Origin: Thermoplasmata archaeon
Lineage (GTDB): Archaea > Thermoplasmatota > Thermoplasmata > Lutacidiplasmatales > UBA184
Assembly: GCA_021802125.1 (NCBI GenBank)
Contig: JAKAAX010000007.1
Span: 8,983 to 72,982, forward strand
Reading direction: 5' to 3'
Length of the DNA: 64,000 nucleotides
Part shown: in pieces, positions 57,956 to 64,000 of the stretch
How positions within the stretch are numbered: the stretch's first letter is position 1
Layout of the letters: each line of letters starts with the position of its first letter
The notes under the pieces: generated by a model
Seen by the model: only the letters and a program-made list of their open reading frames with translations
Told to the model about the DNA's origin: nothing
Databases searched by the model: none
Position numbers and translations under genes: made by a program

Positions 57956-59772
57956 TGGTCGCCTACAAGTGGACCGTCCTCTCCAACACCACACTGGGAG
58001 CGCTCCTCGCCTCCCTCGACGGGACGATCGTCCTGATCTCGCTCCCGGTGATCTTCCAGGGGCTCGGGGTGGACCCGTTCCTCCCTTCGAGCTTCCCGCT
58101 CCTCATCTGGATGCTCTTGGGCTACGGCGTCGTCACCGGCACGCTGCTCGTCTCCATGGGCCGGCTCTCCGACATGTGGGGACGTGCCCGGATGTACAAC
58201 TTCGGGTTCGCCATCTTCTCGGCGGGGTCCGTCGCCCTGTTCCTGACCCCGAGCTCGGGGGACGCGGGGGCCTGGGAGCTCATCGGCTTCCGGCTCGTGC
58301 AGGCGGTGGGCGCCTCCTTCCTGTTCGCGAACTCGGCGGCCCTCATCACCGACGCGTTCCCTCCGAGCGAGCGCGGGAAGGCCATCGGCGTCAACCAGGT
58401 GGCGTTCCTGGGAGGCTCGATCGTCGGGCTCATCACCGGCGGGGTGCTGGCCTCCATCCCCGACCTCCACTTCGGGCCCTTCGTCCTCCCGACCTGGAGG
58501 ATCATCTTCCTGGTCAGCGTCCCGGTGGGCGTCTTCGGGACGATCTGGGCCTACGCCCGGCTGCGGGAGACCTCCGTCCGAAGCCAGCACCAGAAGATCG
58601 ACCTCCTCGGGAACGTCACCTTCGCGGTGGGGCTCACCCTGCTCCTGGTCTCGACCACGTACGGTCTCCTCCCTTACGGCGGGTCCGCGATGGGCTGGGG
58701 CAACCCTTGGGTCTGGGGCGGGTTCCTCACCGGGGCGGCGCTGCTCCTGCTCTTCCTGCGCATCGAGACCCGGGTCCCGGACCCGATGTTCCGGCTCGAG
58801 TTCTTCCGGGTCCGGGCCTTCTCGGCCGGGGTCTCCTCCTCCTTCCTGGGGTCGGTCGCGCGCGGGGGGATGATGCTCCTCCTGGTCCTCTGGTTCCAGG
58901 GGATCTGGCTCCCGCTGCACGGCTACTCGTTCGCCGAGACCCCGTTCTGGGCCGGGGTGATGATGGCCCCCATGATGGTGGGCTTCATCGTCGCGGGCCC
59001 GATCAGCGGATGGATCTCCGATCGCAAGGGGGCCCGGGTCATCTCGACGGTGGGCATGGCCCTGGGCTCGGCGACCTTCTTCGCGCTCGCCTTCCTTCCG
59101 TCCGACTTCGCCTACTGGCAGATGGCCGTGATCATCTTCCTGCAGGGGTGCGGGATGGGGATGTTCGCCTCGCCGAACGCGGCCTCGGTGATGAACTCCG
59201 TCCCGGCGGAGAACCGTGGAGCGGCCTCGGGGATGCTCGCGACGCTGCAGAACATCGGGCAGCAGACCTCCATGGCGCTCTTCTTCACGATCCTGGTGCT
59301 CGGACTTTCGACGGGGCTCTCGGTGTCGGTCTCGGGGGCGCTCGCGGGGGCCCACGTGGGAGCGCCCGACCAGGGGATCCTGACGACCATCGTCTCCTCC
59401 GACCCGACCGGAGCGCTCTTCGGCGCCTTCCTCGGCGAGAACCCGATGAACGGCATCCTGGCGCACGCCTCGACGGTCCCCGGATGGCAGGCCCTTCCTC
59501 TCTCCACGCAATCGACGCTCACCGCGCCCCACTTCTTCGCGACGGCGATCGCCGGCGCCTTCACCTCCGCCATGTCGGAGGCGTTCATGTTCGCCGGCCT
59601 GGTCACGGCGCTCAGCGCGGTGATCTCGGCGTTCCGGGGAGAGCGCTACGTCTGGGGCGAGACCACCCCGACGACCGGATCGGGCGCCTCAGAGCGGAAG
59701 GCCGCCGAGCCGGGACCCCAGGTGGGGGGGCTCTTCCGCGGCGCGGGCAGCTGGATGCGACGCTTCCGCTGA
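57955..59772 (+). CDS. MFS transporter, DHA2-like
   Basis: LSNTTLG, GRLSDMWGR, ANSAALITDAFP; paralog of 20094-21575. Confidence 0.9.
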   Translation: MVAYKWTVLSNTTLGALLASLDGTIVLISLPVIFQGLGVDPFLPSSFPLLIWMLLGYGVVTGTLLVSMGRLSDMWGRARMYNFGFAIFSAGSVALFLTPSSGDAGAWELIGFRLVQAVGASFLFANSAALITDAFPPSERGKAIGVNQVAFLGGSIVGLITGGVLASIPDLHFGPFVLPTWRIIFLVSVPVGVFGTIWAYARLRETSVRSQHQKIDLLGNVTFAVGLTLLLVSTTYGLLPYGGSAMGWGNPWVWGGFLTGAALLLLFLRIETRVPDPMFRLEFFRVRAFSAGVSSSFLGSVARGGMMLLLVLWFQGIWLPLHGYSFAETPFWAGVMMAPMMVGFIVAGPISGWISDRKGARVISTVGMALGSATFFALAFLPSDFAYWQMAVIIFLQGCGMGMFASPNAASVMNSVPAENRGAASGMLATLQNIGQQTSMALFFTILVLGLSTGLSVSVSGALAGAHVGAPDQGILTTIVSSDPTGALFGAFLGENPMNGILAHASTVPGWQALPLSTQSTLTAPHFFATAIAGAFTSAMSEAFMFAGLVTALSAVISAFRGERYVWGETTPTTGSGASERKAAEPGPQVGGLFRGAGSWMRRFR

Positions 59773-59923
59773 AGAGAGCGGGCTGCCTGCGTACGGGACT
59801 CGGGGACTTCCCGATCCTCGAGAACCGGACCTCGCCACGAGGGCTGGGCATCGACATCCAACGGTGAGCCCGTCGAGTCCGGGTGGAGCAGGCGCGGAGG
59901 CGCCCGGCAGCTCGGTGAGCCGA

Positions 59924-60145
59924 CTACTTGCTCTTCGGGCCCTTCGGGGCGCGCGCCGGCTTCTCGGCCTTCGGCGCGGGGGCCTTGTCGGCCTCCGAAT
60001 ACCCGCACTTGCCGCAGGAGCGGCGGGGGCGCGGGGAGCCGTGCTGCGCCATGATGACGCCCGGCCCGCACTTCGGGCAGAAGGTGTGGGTACGGGTCAG
60101 TGTCTCGCCCTGGACGGTGTAGAAACCGGTTCGCGCCTTTCCCAT
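59924..60145 (-). CDS. rps27ae: 30S ribosomal protein S27ae (eS31)
   Basis: FCPKCGPGVIMAQH...CGKCGY. Confidence 0.93.
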   Translation of the reverse strand: MGKARTGFYTVQGETLTRTHTFCPKCGPGVIMAQHGSPRPRRSCGKCGYSEADKAPAPKAEKPARAPKGPKSK

Positions 60146-60153
60146 GGTCTTCC

Positions 60154-60534
60154 TCACGCCTTCGCGGGTGCCTTGGTCTCGCCCTTGGCCTCGGGCTTGG
60201 CAGCGGGGGCGGGTTCGGCGGCGGCAGCGCCACCGGTGCCCTTCTGCGGCTTCTCCTTGAGACCGTTACGGATCAGGATGTGCTCGCGGACCACCTTGTT
60301 CACGAGGTCCTTCGAGTCGTAGGCGTGCGCGCTGCCACGGGAGCGCTGGACGCCGAACCGGGCGCGCATCCATTCCAGGATGAGCCGGTCCTTGGGGACC
60401 TTCAGCGCCTCGGCAAGGGCCTTGCGGACCTCGTCGCGCTTCGGGGTCGGTCCCTCGGGGTGAGCGACCTCGAAGAGGTACTCCTTCCGCCCGAGGAGCA
60501 GGTTGTGCTTCTCACTAATGACCTTGATGTCCAT
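60154..60534 (-). CDS. rps24e: 30S ribosomal protein S24e
   Basis: NLLLGRKE, H...TPKRDEV, FG...G.AHAYDS. Confidence 0.93.
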   Translation of the reverse strand: MDIKVISEKHNLLLGRKEYLFEVAHPEGPTPKRDEVRKALAEALKVPKDRLILEWMRARFGVQRSRGSAHAYDSKDLVNKVVREHILIRNGLKEKPQKGTGGAAAAEPAPAAKPEAKGETKAPAKA

Positions 60535-60994
60535 GGTTCGCGGGGCGTGCCTCCATGCCTTCCAGGATCGTCCGTACTCGCCCCTTCGCCGCGTCGTCCA
60601 CGGCGAGGAAGCAGACGCCCGCACCTGGCTGTCCGTATATAACGGTGCTACCGGCCGGGAGCTCCAAGACGAGCGGGAGGACCGCGAGGTCCTCCTCTCC
60701 ATCGACGACGAGGAGCCCGCCGCCTCCGGCCACCAGGTCGTGGACGGCCTTCTGGAGCTCCGCGGTCACCTGCCCCGGAGGGTTCCGGGCCCAGAGCTCC
60801 CGGCGGGTCGCGAGGGGCCCCAGGTCGGTGATCTCCGTCGTCCGCTCCCGCAGCGTGTGTCCGTCGACGACGGCGGCGAAGGGGGGATGGCCCCACTTCA
60901 CCGCGTTCACGCTGACCACGTCACCGCAGGCCACGAAGAGGCCCGTGGTCGCAAGGCGACGCTTGGCCTCCTCGGTCGGGAGGACGGGCCCCAT
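60515..60994 (-). CDS. GTP-dependent dephospho-CoA kinase (DUF359); true start probably further upstream
   Basis: CGDVVS, VVDG.TLR, NPPG, VDGEEDL, VIYGQPG; conserved gene order after spt4. Confidence 0.88.
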   Translation of the reverse strand: MGPVLPTEEAKRRLATTGLFVACGDVVSVNAVKWGHPPFAAVVDGHTLRERTTEITDLGPLATRRELWARNPPGQVTAELQKAVHDLVAGGGGLLVVDGEEDLAVLPLVLELPAGSTVIYGQPGAGVCFLAVDDAAKGRVRTILEGMEARPANHGHQGH

Positions 60995-61055
60995 CGGGCG
61001 CGAGAGCTCCTCGCGCAGTTCCGGACGAAGGTAGAGGTCCTTCGTGGCCGCCTCG

Positions 61056-61244
61056 TCACTTCACGCGCAGTGCGTAGCGTCCACCGGCCTTGATGCCCAT
61101 CTTGCGGGCGATCTCGGACTTCTCGGGGTCGACGACGATGAGGTAACCCTGCCACTCCTTGCTCGTCTCCCCGCCGCATTTCGGGCACTTCATCTGGTCG
61201 GAGATCGAATGGCAGTTGCGGCAAGCGCGCTGGGTGATCGCCAT
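61056..61244 (-). CDS. spt4: Transcription elongation factor Spt4 (RpoE'')
   Basis: ACRNC...CPKCG...WQGYLIVVDPEKSEIA...YALRV. Confidence 0.94.
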   Translation of the reverse strand: MAITQRACRNCHSISDQMKCPKCGGETSKEWQGYLIVVDPEKSEIARKMGIKAGGRYALRVK

Positions 61245-61257
61245 CGCTACCTACTCC

Positions 61258-61908
61258 TCAGGCCGCCTTGGCCTTGGCCGCGGCGGGAGGTGCAGGAGCG
61301 GCCGCCTTCTTGCCGCCGCCTCCGCCGCCACCGCTCCCACGGCCACCCTCGGCCTTCTCGGTCTTCTTGTGGGACTCGGCGATCCACTCGAGGCGGCCGA
61401 GCCCGGGCTGACGCATGGTCAGTCCGATCCGGCTGTCCCTCGGGGAGATCTCGGAGAGCGAAAGGGAGACGATACGGGCCCGGACCTTGTACCCGACGCG
61501 CAGGTCCCGCTTGGTCTCGACGCCGACCAGGCGCTGGTTGTGCTCGTCGATGTTCACCCGGTCGTCCATGATCTGGCTGACGTGGAGGAGACCGTCCAGC
61601 GGCCCGAAGCGCACGAAGGCCCCGAACTTCCGGACCTCGACGACCTGGCCCTCGATGACCTCCTGGAGCTCCGGTCGGAAGAGGATCGCGGTGTACTCGA
61701 CGTCCTGGTAGACGCCGCCGTCACCGTGGATGATCCGGCCCTCGCCGATGAGCTTGACGTTCATGATGAGGACGGTCAGGCTCTGACCGTCCAGGAGCTT
61801 CCCTTCGAACTGCTGCTGCGCGAGCTCGGAGATGACGTCGCCGATGTTCGGCGAAAGGCGCGCGGGCGGAATGCGAACGACGTCCCGGCGGGTCTCCAAA
61901 TAATACAT
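61258..61908 (-). CDS. rpo7: RNA polymerase subunit Rpo7 (E')
   Basis: VRIPP, GDGG, FGAFVRFGPLDGLLHVSQI, IGLTMRQPGLG; TTTATATA about 28 nt upstream. Confidence 0.95.
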   Translation of the reverse strand: MYYLETRRDVVRIPPARLSPNIGDVISELAQQQFEGKLLDGQSLTVLIMNVKLIGEGRIIHGDGGVYQDVEYTAILFRPELQEVIEGQVVEVRKFGAFVRFGPLDGLLHVSQIMDDRVNIDEHNQRLVGVETKRDLRVGYKVRARIVSLSLSEISPRDSRIGLTMRQPGLGRLEWIAESHKKTEKAEGGRGSGGGGGGGKKAAAPAPPAAAKAKAA

Positions 61909-62044
61909 CGGGCTCGAGGCGCGACAAGAACGCCCTATATAAAGGGAATCGGGGCCGCGGGGGGTTTTCCAGAGAAGTCACCCTCGAAGGGAGGCCCCGG
62001 GGGGGCCCCCGAGGGTGGGGGGAGGACCCCCATCCCCCTGGGCC

Positions 62045-63073
62045 CTAGGCGCCGACGCGGAGGATCCCCAGGGCCTGGTCCGTCCGCTCGATGCTTCTCC
62101 GCGGGTCGGTCTCCAGCTGGAACATCGCCCGCAGGACGTCGATGTTCTCCGGTACGACGATGGACTCCTGGTGGATGGCCTGGAAGAAGTAGAGGTCGCT
62201 CCCCTCCAGCTTCAGCCCCTCCTCCCAGAGGACGTTCTCCATCACGTCGTTCCGCGACCGACCGAGGTCGCGCGCCCACTCGATCACCTGAGGGGTGCCC
62301 TCCATGCGGTCCGAGGCCCGGAACATGACGAAGCGGGGGGTGGTGCGGAAGGCCGCCATCACGTCGCTCCCGCTCGAGGGGGGGTGCGAGAGGCGCACGT
62401 GGTTCACGTGGACGTGCATGAGCGTCGTGGGCACGACCACCGCCGAGGTCGCGATCGGAAGGTCGGGGAAGATCGTCCGGACGTCCGGGCCGTGGTGGGA
62501 GGGCAGGGTCATCGTGGGGAGGATCCCGTTGATGGGCCCCCGCTTCGACTCCCCGGGGTCCGCCGCGCGACGGACCAGCGTCGCCTCCCAGTGCTCGACC
62601 CCGAACCGCTCCCGGAGGACGGCGGCCGCCCGGGAGAGCCCGGTGGTGTTGCAGGAGACGACGCGGACCTTCCGCGCCCCCAGACAGGAAGTGTAGTTGG
62701 CGAGCGCGCTGAAGGAGCGGTCGGCCACGGAGGCCTTCTCACCGCCCTGCCAGACCGCGGCGACCTTCGCCTCCTCGTAGAGGGCCTTGTTCGCGGCGCC
62801 CACCTTCTCGGGCGTGCAGTCGACGACGACGTCGACGCTCCGCAGAAGCTCCTGAAGGGTCCCCGCGGTCGGGATCCCCGCCGCGTCGAAGTCGGCCTTC
62901 TTCCCATCGCCCGCGAGGAAGACCGGATAGCCCTTCTCCATCGCCCGGCGGGCCTCGAACCCCGGCTTGGTCTTCGCGACCCCGACCAGGGTCATGTCCT
63001 TCTGCAGGCGGACCGCGTCCGCCACCCGCTTGCCGATCGTCCCGTAGCCGTTGACGGCCACCTTCAGTGACAT
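62045..63073 (-). CDS. gap: Archaeal type II glyceraldehyde-3-phosphate dehydrogenase
   Basis: NGYGTIGKRVADA, VVSCNTTG, SHHGPDV, HQESIVVPENID. Confidence 0.95.
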   Translation of the reverse strand: MSLKVAVNGYGTIGKRVADAVRLQKDMTLVGVAKTKPGFEARRAMEKGYPVFLAGDGKKADFDAAGIPTAGTLQELLRSVDVVVDCTPEKVGAANKALYEEAKVAAVWQGGEKASVADRSFSALANYTSCLGARKVRVVSCNTTGLSRAAAVLRERFGVEHWEATLVRRAADPGESKRGPINGILPTMTLPSHHGPDVRTIFPDLPIATSAVVVPTTLMHVHVNHVRLSHPPSSGSDVMAAFRTTPRFVMFRASDRMEGTPQVIEWARDLGRSRNDVMENVLWEEGLKLEGSDLYFFQAIHQESIVVPENIDVLRAMFQLETDPRRSIERTDQALGILRVGA

Positions 63074-63223
63074 ACAGGGGGCCCAGCCGCGGGGGGGCAT
63101 AGTCGTTTCTCGTTCCGGGGGGGCCGTGGCCCGGGCGGCGCCGGAAAGGTGGAGGGGAGGGGCCCACGCACGGGTTGCGGAACGAGGAAATACTCGCACC
63201 TAGGATGAGGAGGGCAGGACCCC

Positions 63224-63556
63224 ATGGCCGTACCCCCCACGCAGCCCGAAAAGCACAGCCACGCCGGCGGCGTCCTCGCGCTGTTCCTCCTGATCTTCGG
63301 GTTCGGGCTCGGCTACTTCCTGAGCCCCATCCTGGCCGGGCTCCTGGGCCTCCTGGTGCTCTGGATGGGCTGGAAGTTCCTCAAGTGGCGCGTCGACCCG
63401 CTCGACATGTTCTTCTGGATGAAGTCGAAGCCGAGCTGGGCCTCCGTGGGGCTCACCTGGCTCTCGGGGCTCCTCCTGCTCGGGGCGGCCTACGCGACGT
63501 ACATCCTCAACCACCACAGCGTGATCGGCTGGTACCTTCGGCTGAAGGGCTTCTAG
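63224..63556 (+). CDS. Small membrane protein
   Basis: 110 aa with about three hydrophobic segments. Confidence 0.75.
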   Translation: MAVPPTQPEKHSHAGGVLALFLLIFGFGLGYFLSPILAGLLGLLVLWMGWKFLKWRVDPLDMFFWMKSKPSWASVGLTWLSGLLLLGAAYATYILNHHSVIGWYLRLKGF

Positions 63557-63662
63557 AGCGCGCGCCCGGGGCCCGGGACGGGCGCGGGAAGGGACCGGAG
63601 GACCGAACGCCGTCCGAGGACAAGCCAAATAGCCGGAGCCTTTCGTCCCGCCGGCGAGCTCC

Positions 63663-64000
63663 ATGGACTTCCGTCTGTCCCCCGAGGAAGAGGCCTTCCA
63701 ATCGACCCTCCGACGCTTCGGCGACGAGGTCCTCCGCAAGAACGAGCAGGTGATCGACGACACCGGGACCATCCCCGCCAAGGTCCTGGACGAGATGGCC
63801 CGGCTCGGGCTGTTCGCGATGCCGGTCCCGGAGGAGTACGGGGGGATGGGCGCCACCGCCATCCAGACCGAGATCGCCGCGGAAGAGATCGGCCGCGGGG
63901 ACTTCTCCATGGCCACCGCGGTCTACTTCCTCCTGGAGGCCGGATGGGGATGGATCCTCGCCAAGCACGGGACGGAGGAGACGAAGAAGGAGGTCCTGCC
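63663..64000 (+). CDS. Acyl-CoA dehydrogenase (partial)
   Basis: MDFRLSPEE...MARLGLFAMPVPEEYGGMG...EEIGRG; runs off the window. Confidence 0.9.
   Translation, partial: MDFRLSPEEEAFQSTLRRFGDEVLRKNEQVIDDTGTIPAKVLDEMARLGLFAMPVPEEYGGMGATAIQTEIAAEEIGRGDFSMATAVYFLLEAGWGWILAKHGTEETKKEVL

Overview
High-GC archaeal chromosomal segment. The archaeal markers are rpo7-spt4-DUF359-rps24e-rps27ae, a type II GAPDH, a BHB tRNA intron and TATA-box promoters. Gene content and style suggest Thermoplasmatota (inference). The first 12.8 kb is one minus-strand ORF of at least 4255 aa, missing from the ORF track because its stop lies outside the window. It encodes a secreted protein with an Asp-box-containing head and about 32 Cys-paired Ig-like repeats. 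Next come Fe-S carrier genes, a GT2 synthase, a coiled-coil / degenerate STAND-TPR / Mesh1-like HD gene run, metabolic and transport genes, and a decayed accessory tract (Cdc48-N-only protein, 40-aa basic peptide, surface protein, RelE-type TA) ending at tRNA-Ile2(CAT). A complete phosphate locus follows (AbrB-PhoU regulator, pstSCAB-phoU with a zinc-ribbon PstB, and a Pho84-like MFS fused to DUF47), with a recurring ACTATAG motif. The rest holds tRNA-Asn with a T-loop (59/60) intron, tRNA-Arg, an orphan DNA methyltransferase, a CLC-CBS transporter, MarR-MFS and the housekeeping cluster. All calls come from reading the sequence; no searches were run.
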